A DNA stretch of 58,995 nucleotides, from positions 1 through 58,995 of the IMG/VR virus record IMGVR_UViG_3300049222_000252; one strand, 5' to 3'. The first letter of the stretch is position 1, and each line of letters opens with the position of its first letter. Origin of the DNA: a virus (taxonomy: Duplodnaviria; Caudoviricetes). The position numbers and the translations under genes are program-made. Shown piece after piece: positions 1 through 9,100 of the stretch. The notes beneath the pieces are model-generated. The model was not told the DNA's origin, did no database searches, and was given only the letters and a program-made list of their open reading frames with translations.

Positions 1-216
1 TTAGAAACTAAACCTACAGTTTCAAGATTAGATATATATTATGAAACATCTACAGCTGGTCTTGTATCAGATTTAAATTTAGCTGTTGTAGAAGAAACAG
101 GCGGCGCTACTGGTGTATTTAATTTTACTTATAACCATTCTGAAGCAGACGCGCCTGAAACAGTTATAGTAAATGAGTTTAGTTTTACAGATATACTAGA
201 TAACATAATAACACCT
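1..216. repeat. Terminal direct repeat, left copy (circular-assembly overlap)
   Basis: 1-216 matches 58780-58995 except one substitution (T89 vs G58868). It lies inside a continuous ORF. Confidence 0.97.
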
Positions 217-1854
217 AGTTCACTTCCAACAATACTTTCTGTGTTTGATAATTCTGGTATAAATCGAAATAATCAATTTGAGTTAGTGCAAGGAAGCACT
301 TCCAATACTTATGATTTAAAAACCAAGGCTGGTCAATATTTTTATTATGGAAGCAACGCTTCTACGCTTGAATCTTACACATTTACTTTTTCAGTAACAG
401 TATCAGGAACTACAACAGAGATAGAAGCAACTGGTGCTTTATCTAATGCAAATCCAACAATTACAAACGATAATAGTTCTACTATAGTTGTACAGCAAGG
501 CGCTACAGATGTACTTTTAAATTTACAAGGTAAAAATGGTTCTAATGATGGCAATCCAGATTCAAATATATATACTCAAGATCTTACGTTTAGTATTGAT
601 CAAGATTTATCTGCGGGTACTGGTGAAAACTGCATTGTTGTTGATAATAACAAAGTACAAAATACAGATCCAAACGCTGCTGGTAATGGAGTTTTTACAC
701 TTCAAATTACAGATGCAGGAGGCGCAACAGCTACTAAAGTGTTTAATGTTACATTTGGTCAACCAACAGTAGGTACTAGGTTTTCTAATTTTAGTGAGTT
801 AAGTTTCATAGACGGAGATGGCGCTGCTGTGTTTTTTGTAGACACAACAACAGGCTTAGATAGTACAAATATAGTTCCAGGTGGTTCAGGTCAAGCTAAT
901 AGACAAGTAGGTTATTCAACGCCAAGTGGAAGAGTAAATTCAGATACAGATCTTTGTAACGTAGGCCCTAATGATGCTCAATATTTTATTCGCATGCCAG
1001 AAAATTCTGGAACAGGAAAACTTACTCAAGGTACTTTTTATGTTATATTTGATATAAATAATGATTTTAAAGAAACACAAACATATCCAGTTTCAAATGT
1101 TAATTGGCAAATAGGTATTGAGTACAGGTCTAGCGATACAGCCCCTTGGTCTGCTGCTTTAGATGTTAATAATACAAGCCTTACAATAGAGGAGATTAAG
1201 GCGACTTGGCGAAGAGGAAGTAATGATGCTACCGCTGAAAATTATATGTATAATTTTGTAAATTCATACAATGGTATGCGCGTAGAGAATCAATATACAA
1301 TTAGTGAATTAACAGCTTTTGGTGGTTACGTATTTGCTTTTAGCGAGCCTGGAGAGTACAGAATAACTTGCGGTAATTTAGCTAGTACGTTTGGAGCTTT
1401 TGGAACTCAAGATTCTTCAAATGGGCAAGGTCTCCGTTGTGATTTATCACAAGATAATAAATCAAATAGTAGATTGAATATAGGTGATTTTAATTATCCA
1501 CCTTCTTCAATAGCACCTGATTTTAACACAAATCCAAATGTATATAGGTATCAAGTTGCTTCAAATATTTCTTGTTATAGTACATTTTCTGTAACTTCAA
1601 CAAGTTACTATGCTGCTGAGCCTTTTGCTAAATATATTACAAAGTTGTATACAGATGTAAATCTTACGCAAGTAGCAACAAGCGTGACTGGCACTCAAAG
1701 ATTTAGACGTATGAAATTTATAAACACTAGTAATTATACTATATATAATCCTGAATATACGGTAAACGGAGCTTACGTAGCTAATTTTACAGACGGAGTT
1801 TTAAACGGTATACCATTCCAATGCACAAGCGAATCAATACCTCAACCTCAGTAA
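1..1854 (+). CDS. C-terminal part of the junction-spanning tail protein (Ig/cadherin-like beta-rich region)
   Basis: Frame 1 is open from position 1 to TAA 1852-1854; the track's GTG start at 241 is internal. Contains 'FTLQITDAGGATATKVFNVT', an Ig-like strand pattern. Confidence 0.8.
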   Translation, partial: LETKPTVSRLDIYYETSTAGLVSDLNLAVVEETGGATGVFNFTYNHSEADAPETVIVNEFSFTDILDNIITPSSLPTILSVFDNSGINRNNQFELVQGSTSNTYDLKTKAGQYFYYGSNASTLESYTFTFSVTVSGTTTEIEATGALSNANPTITNDNSSTIVVQQGATDVLLNLQGKNGSNDGNPDSNIYTQDLTFSIDQDLSAGTGENCIVVDNNKVQNTDPNAAGNGVFTLQITDAGGATATKVFNVTFGQPTVGTRFSNFSELSFIDGDGAAVFFVDTTTGLDSTNIVPGGSGQANRQVGYSTPSGRVNSDTDLCNVGPNDAQYFIRMPENSGTGKLTQGTFYVIFDINNDFKETQTYPVSNVNWQIGIEYRSSDTAPWSAALDVNNTSLTIEEIKATWRRGSNDATAENYMYNFVNSYNGMRVENQYTISELTAFGGYVFAFSEPGEYRITCGNLASTFGAFGTQDSSNGQGLRCDLSQDNKSNSRLNIGDFNYPPSSIAPDFNTNPNVYRYQVASNISCYSTFSVTSTSYYAAEPFAKYITKLYTDVNLTQVATSVTGTQRFRRMKFINTSNYTIYNPEYTVNGAYVANFTDGVLNGIPFQCTSESIPQPQ

Positions 1855-1871
1855 TAATTTAGTTAAAAAAA

Positions 1872-3287
1872 ATGGGAGCAATAGTAGAAGTAAAATATTT
1901 TAACTCTTTTTTATTAAAGAAAACACACACTGGAACACCAACGAGCGTTATACCACCAACGTGGGACGGTAGTACTGGTGTGCCAGCAGGCGTGTCAGGT
2001 GCATATCCTGTAACAGCTAGACCCGCGTCTCAAGATGCTCAAGACGCTAGTTGGTTTATTGAAGAAGCTCGTATACGCGGTGGTTTTAATAATACCAATG
2101 TTGATTACGGAGTTAGAGCTTATTTAGTAGATGAAGAGCCTAAAGGTAGTCAAAGAGAAAACGCGCTTATTTATTCTGGTATATTTAACTCTAGAACTGG
2201 AATTAATGACACAAATGTATTTAGCGTTGGTAAAGATATTACTAAATCAGTAGATCCAGCTAATGGTAGTATACAAAAATTACACGCTGAAGATACAAAC
2301 TTAATTGTTTTTCAAGAAAACAAAGTTAATAGAGCGCTTATAGATAAAGATGCTATATATTCAGCTGAAGGTGGAGGTACTGTAACGTCTACAAATCTTG
2401 TTATTGGACAAATAACGCCTTACGCTGGTAGCTTTGGTATTAGTAAAAACCCAGAAAGCTTTGCTGTATACGGATATAGAAAATATTTTACAGATAAAAA
2501 CAGAAACGCTGTAATGCGTTTATCCCAAGACGGTCTTACTGAAATATCTAACTACGGTATGATAGATTATTTTAGAGACGAACTTAGCAATATTGATACG
2601 CCTACTGTTAAAGGTAAAGCTATAGGTGCTTGGGATATATACACAAAGCAATATGTTGTTAGTTTACAAGGTAGCAATGTTACAAATACATATCAAACAT
2701 TGTCTTATGATGAAAGCGTAAGAGGTTGGACAAGTAGGTTTACTTACGAACCAGAACAAGCATTTAGCGTAAAATCTAAATATTATAGCGTTAAAAATGG
2801 TAAGTTGTATGAGCATAATTATAGTACTAATCAAAATAATGATAGATCTATATTTTACGATATATACTCTGATTCAAGTATTACATTTGTTTTTAACCCA
2901 AATGTTAGCTTGTCTAAGAATTTTAAAACAGTTAATTACGAAGGATCTACTGGTTGGGAAGTATCGTCGTTTAATGCTAATAGAGAATTTGATATAGTTG
3001 ATACTTCTAACTTAGTTTATAGCTATGATGAAGGCGCTTACACTCAAAACGGTATACAATACTATGCTGGTTTTTATAACAAAGAAGGTAAATACAAAGC
3101 TAACCTTGTAAATAGCAGCGCAGCTACAAGTAAAGAAGTTATATTTGGCCCAAACATTTCAGGTGTAAAAGGTTACTATGCAACTGTAACTATAACAACA
3201 GATAGTAGTACACAAGTAACAAATGCTGGTGGTAAAACCCGTGAGCTTTTTGCTGTGTCATCTGAGTACGTAGAATCAGCTTATTAA
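1872..3287 (+). CDS. Tail nozzle/stabilisation protein (muzzle C-terminal-like beta-propeller)
   Basis: Motifs GSIQKLHAEDTNLIVFQENKV, FGISKNPESFAVYG, YFTD and VMRLSQDGLTEIS; position after ring/muzzle genes. Confidence 0.75.
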   Translation: MGAIVEVKYFNSFLLKKTHTGTPTSVIPPTWDGSTGVPAGVSGAYPVTARPASQDAQDASWFIEEARIRGGFNNTNVDYGVRAYLVDEEPKGSQRENALIYSGIFNSRTGINDTNVFSVGKDITKSVDPANGSIQKLHAEDTNLIVFQENKVNRALIDKDAIYSAEGGGTVTSTNLVIGQITPYAGSFGISKNPESFAVYGYRKYFTDKNRNAVMRLSQDGLTEISNYGMIDYFRDELSNIDTPTVKGKAIGAWDIYTKQYVVSLQGSNVTNTYQTLSYDESVRGWTSRFTYEPEQAFSVKSKYYSVKNGKLYEHNYSTNQNNDRSIFYDIYSDSSITFVFNPNVSLSKNFKTVNYEGSTGWEVSSFNANREFDIVDTSNLVYSYDEGAYTQNGIQYYAGFYNKEGKYKANLVNSSAATSKEVIFGPNISGVKGYYATVTITTDSSTQVTNAGGKTRELFAVSSEYVESAY

Positions 3288-3293
3288 AATTAA

Positions 3294-3704
3294 ATGGAAT
3301 TAAATATACGCCGTCTTCAAGAAGAAGACTGGGAGACGTTATGCTCTTGGTGGGATGCTTGGCCTGAATGGGTCAACCCGCCTAAAGACTTTTTACCTGA
3401 CAACGGCACTGGTGGCCTTATGGTTTACAAACATAATACACCGATTGTTGCGGGGTTTATATATTATACTAACTCTAAAGGAGCTTTGTTAGAGTATATA
3501 GTTTCTAATCCAAACTATAGAGAAGCTGATAGAAAACAAGCTGTAGAACTTTTAATAAACGCAGTTGAAGAAGTTTGTAAAGCAAACGGAGTTAAATATA
3601 TATTTAGTATAGGTAGAACAAAACCTTTGATAGAAACACATCGTAAATTAGGGTGGGGTATTGATGATAAACCATCTAATGAAATAATTAAAGTAATAAA
3701 TTAA
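3294..3704 (+). CDS. GNAT-like acetyltransferase preceding the ejection proteins
   Basis: Motif-A-like 'LEYIVSNPNYREADRKQAVELLINAVEEVCKANG', 'HRKLGW'; typical podovirus position. Confidence 0.7.
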   Translation: MELNIRRLQEEDWETLCSWWDAWPEWVNPPKDFLPDNGTGGLMVYKHNTPIVAGFIYYTNSKGALLEYIVSNPNYREADRKQAVELLINAVEEVCKANGVKYIFSIGRTKPLIETHRKLGWGIDDKPSNEIIKVIN

Positions 3705-3705
3705 T

Positions 3706-4440
3706 ATGGCAGCAATAACAACAGCGTTAGCAATAGGAGCGGGAGTATCAGCTATAGGCGGTGCGGTAGCTTCTAACCAAGCAAAACAAGCCGCTAAAGG
3801 AGCGAGAGGTGATAAAGCTAGAGCTGAAGCTAAAATAGAATCTTTAAGAAAATCTAGAAAGCAGGTTATAAACCCTTACGAAACAACAACTGATTTAAGT
3901 GAGTTAGCTCGAGATTTATCAGGTAATTTAACTAATCCATTTCAACAACTTGGCATAGCCACTCAAGCAGCTGAGATACAAATGGAACAAGCTGATATTG
4001 CGCTTGCAAATACGCTTGACACGCTTAGAGCTACAGGCGCTTCTGCTGGTGGCGCAACTGCTCTTGCTCAAGCTGCGCTTCAAAGTAAAAAAGGTATAGC
4101 TGCTAGTATTGAAGCTCAAGAAGTTCAAAATGAAAAACTAAGAGCGCAAGGTGAGGCTAATCTTCAGTCTCAAAAAATAGCAGAACAACAGAGACTTCAA
4201 TCAATTGCCATATCAGAAGGGCAAAGAGTTCAAGCTGCTGAAGCTGCTGGTAAACAATTTCAGTTCCAAACAGAAGAAAACAGAATTAATGCTGATCTTG
4301 ACAGAGCGTCAGGGCAAGAAAGACAAGCCGCTGCTAATCAAGCGTCTGCTAATCAAGCCAGAGCAAGTGCTATATCAGGTGGTTTCGGTGGCGTAACATC
4401 TATGATAGGCGCTGCCGCGGGTGGGGGTGCCTTTGGGTAA
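3706..4440 (+). CDS. Ejection/pilot protein
   Basis: Gly/Ala hydrophobic N-terminus, Ala/Gln coiled-coil body, Gly-rich C-terminus; follows the GNAT gene. Confidence 0.7.
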   Translation: MAAITTALAIGAGVSAIGGAVASNQAKQAAKGARGDKARAEAKIESLRKSRKQVINPYETTTDLSELARDLSGNLTNPFQQLGIATQAAEIQMEQADIALANTLDTLRATGASAGGATALAQAALQSKKGIAASIEAQEVQNEKLRAQGEANLQSQKIAEQQRLQSIAISEGQRVQAAEAAGKQFQFQTEENRINADLDRASGQERQAAANQASANQARASAISGGFGGVTSMIGAAAGGGAFG

Positions 4441-4513
4441 CACTGCTGCAAGATCTCAAGTAAGTACAGTTAGTACTTTAACACCTCAAGGTTATAGTTT
4501 TTAAAAAATAAAA

Positions 4514-6163
4514 ATGAGTTATAGAAATCCACAAATAATCGTTGACCGCTCAGCAGAAATATACGCTAAGATGGCTACAGCTGGTAGTGATGCTTTTAAT
4601 CAGTATATGAAGTATAGATCTGTAGCTGCTGAAAACGCTAGAAAGCAAGACGAGAGAATATTAAGCGTGCTTAATAAGGCTGAAGAAAGTGCTCAATCTA
4701 GGATAGACAAAGGTATTGAAGAATCTAAAATTACAGATCCTAGTCTAATAGAGCAGACGCAAGGGCTTTTAGGTAAGTATCTAGATGAAGGCAATATTGG
4801 TTTTTTAGAAGGTATGCCAAGTGTGCTTGATATGCAAGTTGCTGTAGAAATAGGTTCTGTTAAAGGTGAAACTCGTCGAGAATATAAAAAAGCAATACAG
4901 CGATACAAAGCTTTTGAAAACAAGACTATAGACACAGCTGGCGCCTACCAAGTACAGCTTGAAGAAGGTAAAAACATAAACTCTTCTACAATACAAGAGG
5001 GTTACACTATAGCAGGTGTTGGTTCTGAAAAGTTTGTAAATCTATCCAGCTATTTAACACTTAACAACCAAGAAGCTGACGGTGTTAATATCACTAGAAA
5101 AGTAGACGATGATGGCAGTATTGTTATAAACGGAACAATAGATACTAACGGTGAAGGTTATAAAAGATACGTAGAGAGTGGACTTATAGATCCTGAAGAC
5201 GGTATATTAACCTATAACGATGAAAATAATACAGCTTCGTTTACATGGAAAAGCTTATCTTCTAACCCAGCTAAAGAACTTATTTTAAAAAGATTAAAAG
5301 GTTTTGATGCTCAAGAAGCTTCTATAAATGCAGGTCTTGAAAATGAAAAAGGAGATTTAAGCAAAAGATTATATACAGGTGAAAGATCTTCAAGAGTTGA
5401 AAGATTTAAAGACGATCCAAGTAGAGAGCAAGATGTAACTAAGCTGTATATAGATCCTAGTGTTATTGAGAAAAATGTAACATTCAGAGGAGATGCTCAA
5501 GCTTTTGCAGAGCAGGTTAGAGTATCACCAGCATATCAAAGAGATGATTATATTTTAAGAACGCATGGTAAAGAAATTTTAGAAGAGTTTAAAAACGCAG
5601 ACTTTGCCAAGCAAGATGATATCATATACAGAGAGTTAATGCTAAGGAACTTAGAGAGACTAACAGGTGTTGGCGAAGGAAGTGGTCTTATAAAAAAAGA
5701 AGGTGATAAGTATTATATAGAAGAATACGGAACTCCTAGAAACGTTACTAAAGAAACTAAAGAAAAGCCTACTGTAGCAGAAAGGAAACAACAAGAAGCT
5801 GATAAAAAATTTGAAGCGTTAGAACCTAAAATAGACGAAATAGATATTAACGTAATGGATGTGCCAGGTGCTGTACCTTCTACAGATATAGTAGATCTTA
5901 GAGAAAAAGTAATAGATTTAGGTTTCGCACCGTTTTCTGAAGAAGAGTTTTCAGGTAAAGATGAGTTTAGTATTAAATCAAAAATGCAATCAGGCAAGAT
6001 GATTATACGAGCTGATGATTCAAAAGAAGTTATAGCTGGTAAGTTAAAAGCTGCATACACAGGTGATCCTAAATACTTAGTAACTGAACAACCAGTACCT
6101 ACACCAGGATTATTTGAAGTTCCTGCTGGACCAGAAGATTTTAGTATCTATAAAGTAAACTAA
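4514..6163 (+). CDS. Putative internal virion (ejected) protein
   Basis: 549-aa ORF between the pilot protein and the giant cargo protein. Confidence 0.55.
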   Translation: MSYRNPQIIVDRSAEIYAKMATAGSDAFNQYMKYRSVAAENARKQDERILSVLNKAEESAQSRIDKGIEESKITDPSLIEQTQGLLGKYLDEGNIGFLEGMPSVLDMQVAVEIGSVKGETRREYKKAIQRYKAFENKTIDTAGAYQVQLEEGKNINSSTIQEGYTIAGVGSEKFVNLSSYLTLNNQEADGVNITRKVDDDGSIVINGTIDTNGEGYKRYVESGLIDPEDGILTYNDENNTASFTWKSLSSNPAKELILKRLKGFDAQEASINAGLENEKGDLSKRLYTGERSSRVERFKDDPSREQDVTKLYIDPSVIEKNVTFRGDAQAFAEQVRVSPAYQRDDYILRTHGKEILEEFKNADFAKQDDIIYRELMLRNLERLTGVGEGSGLIKKEGDKYYIEEYGTPRNVTKETKEKPTVAERKQQEADKKFEALEPKIDEIDINVMDVPGAVPSTDIVDLREKVIDLGFAPFSEEEFSGKDEFSIKSKMQSGKMIIRADDSKEVIAGKLKAAYTGDPKYLVTEQPVPTPGLFEVPAGPEDFSIYKVN

Positions 6164-6178
6164 TAATAAAATATAATT

Positions 6179-9100
6179 ATGGCTAAATATAAGATTGGTA
6201 CGGATCTATATGATTTACCTGAAGAAAAAATAGAATCTTTTCTGTCTACATACCCTGACGCTGTAGAAGTTACAGACGAAATACAAGAACCTGTAACTGA
6301 GGGAAAGACAGACGATGTTGCAACAGTGGGTGCAGATGTAACATCGGAACCGGACACAGCATCCGAGACGCAAGGAACTCCAGAAATTACGGGATTCAAG
6401 TCGGCAGATACTTCTTTGGGTTCTCGATTTATAGATAGTGGTATAGAACTAGAAGGTTTTCAATTTGCTGATGGTATAGGTTTAGCTGGTGTTCAACTCC
6501 CTGAAGTTGTAGTCACTGCTAATCAATATAAAAATTTAGAACAGCAAATACAAAATGAAGGCGCAAAAAATATTACTGAACAACAAGAAGCTAGACAACA
6601 ACTTTTAGAAGAGCAAGTAGCTGAACTACCTAAAGCAGAACCTAGCGATACACCATTTACAAAACTTGTAAATTATTTATCTAAAAAAGGTAAAGAAGAT
6701 GTTGAAGAAACTGAAGATATAATAGCTGCTCAAAGTATTTATGGTAGCACTGTTAATTCATTAGTACAACTAAGCGGTGTTGATGATAGGGCGGATTATC
6801 TTTTAGCATCATTAATACAGCAAATACCTGATGATGTTTTTTTAAATGTATTAGGTGAAAACGCTGGTAAGAAAGCTATAAAATCTACCCAAGAAAACTT
6901 TTCAAGAGTAAATAAGCAAATTGATAATTTAAACAATTTAAACCTTCCAACTTTAGGATTTACTGACGTAGGACAAAAAGAAGGTTTTGATAAAGTAACC
7001 ACTGGTTTAGCTGCTACGTTTAATGGTTTAACAGCTTTTGGTACATCAGCGGTAACATCGCTAGCCACAGGCGGAGCTGGTTTAGCTAGCGATATGTTAT
7101 CTATGTCTATTAAAGATTTTAACGATACAAAAGCCGAGTCGTTAGGTATTACTGCAGAAGAATTATTTGCGTCTGGTCAAGGCGAGATATTAACGCCTTC
7201 AGCTATAGGTGCTGTTGGATATTCTTTAGAAAGATTTGGTATCAAAGGTGTTACTAAGTACATAAACAAAATGGGTAACAAGGCTTCTAAAAGTCTTTTT
7301 GCTTTTTTAAATACTGGTAATAGAGAAGGTTCAACTGAATGGGCTCAGTCAGGCTTAGAAGAGTTTAACAAAGCTATAGCTTCTGGGGTTTCAACAGACG
7401 AAGCAGCTAAAAAAGCTTGGAACTATATGACTTCTTCTGATGGTCTTGAAAATTACCTACAAGGATTTGCTGGTGGTTCAGGTTCTGGTGTTTTAGGTAG
7501 AGCAGCAAAGAATATAAGAAACAAAAATGAAAACGAAGCTTTATCTGAATCAATAAATAGATTAAACGAACTTGAAAATAGTAAGTATAGAAAAAATTTA
7601 AGCGCTGAAGATTTAAGCGTTATAAACACTGCTCAAGATGAAATAAGATTTAACTTAAGAGACATCGTTAATAAAAGCAACGAGCTTGTTGGTACTCTTA
7701 CTGATAAACAAATAGCAGATTTAAACGCTAACACAGATTTCATAACATCTAGTAGTGATCGTATAAACGAAATACAAAATTCTGAAGCTTATACAGATCA
7801 AGAAAAACAAGTATTAATAGATGCTGTTGATAAGCAAAGGGAAGCTGCTTCACAAAATATATATAATATAAGAAGTGAAGCTGATAAACTTCAAGCACAG
7901 ATTGAAACTGTAAAAGGTATAAGCGGTCTTGTTAAAGGTTTAAAAGTAGAAGAATCAGACACGGCTGCTGATGCTGAGAAATTTGCTGAAGATAACAATT
8001 TAGATATTAAATCATCTACATCTCAAGGGTATATACTTCAAAACCCTGAAACAGGCGAGCAAACAATTGTTATAAACAAAGAAACAGCATTAGATGAACA
8101 AGCTGTTAATGTTGCTGCTCACGAATTTTTACACGCTGTGTTATTTAATACTGTAAAAGACAGTCCACAAACTGCTATTAATTTAGGCAATGCTTTATTA
8201 TCTGAATTAAACAAAATAGATACAGCGCAGCTTAAAGATAGTAACTTCAAAAAACGCATGGAGCAATACAATGACGAATCGCGTGAAGTTAAAATGGAAG
8301 AAGCTCTTACTCTTTTTTCAGATGCTATAGCTACAGGTGATATTAAGTTTAATGAAAATGTATTTACTAAATTAGGTGATAGAGTTAGAAGAGTTACACG
8401 AAAATTTGGTGTTAATATTAAATTTAATACTGGCCGTGATGTATACAACTTCATAAAAGACTACAACAAAAGCATTGAAAAAGGTGATCTTAGTTTAGCT
8501 CAAGTACAAGCGGCTGCTAAAGGTGTTGAGGGTGAATTAGTAGCTCCAACAGAGCAACAAGCCGATGAATTAATAGTTAAAGAAGCTAAATCAGATGAAG
8601 CTTCGCAGCGTGTTCAAGAAATATACGAGCAGCAAGGCGAAGCAGGTACTTTCGACATTATAGAGCAGTTCAAACCTATTACAAGTAAACTTGTAGAGCG
8701 TAGAAAAGAAGCTCCTGGTTTTAACAGAGAAGATCTTACTTCTGAAATAGAAATAGGTAAGCGTGGTATTATAGATCTTATTAAAGAATATAAGCCAGAA
8801 TCAGGTGTGCCACTAGCGGCTTATATAAATAAGTTTTTACCAGCTCGAGCAATTGAAGCATCGAAAAGAGTTCTTGGTGAAGAGTTTACAGAAGACGTTA
8901 CTGAAGCAAGAGGTGTTGCGGCTGAAGAGGTTGTAACTGAAACCGCTATTAAACCAGAGGCAAAAGCTATTGATCCGTTTAGGATTATGCCTAATGTAAG
9001 AGAAGCCGCGGTAACAGAAGTACAAAAAAGCATTGCAGATAAAGACGTAGACGTTACAGAGGTTACATATAAGGAACTTAAAGACGTTGCGCCATACCAA

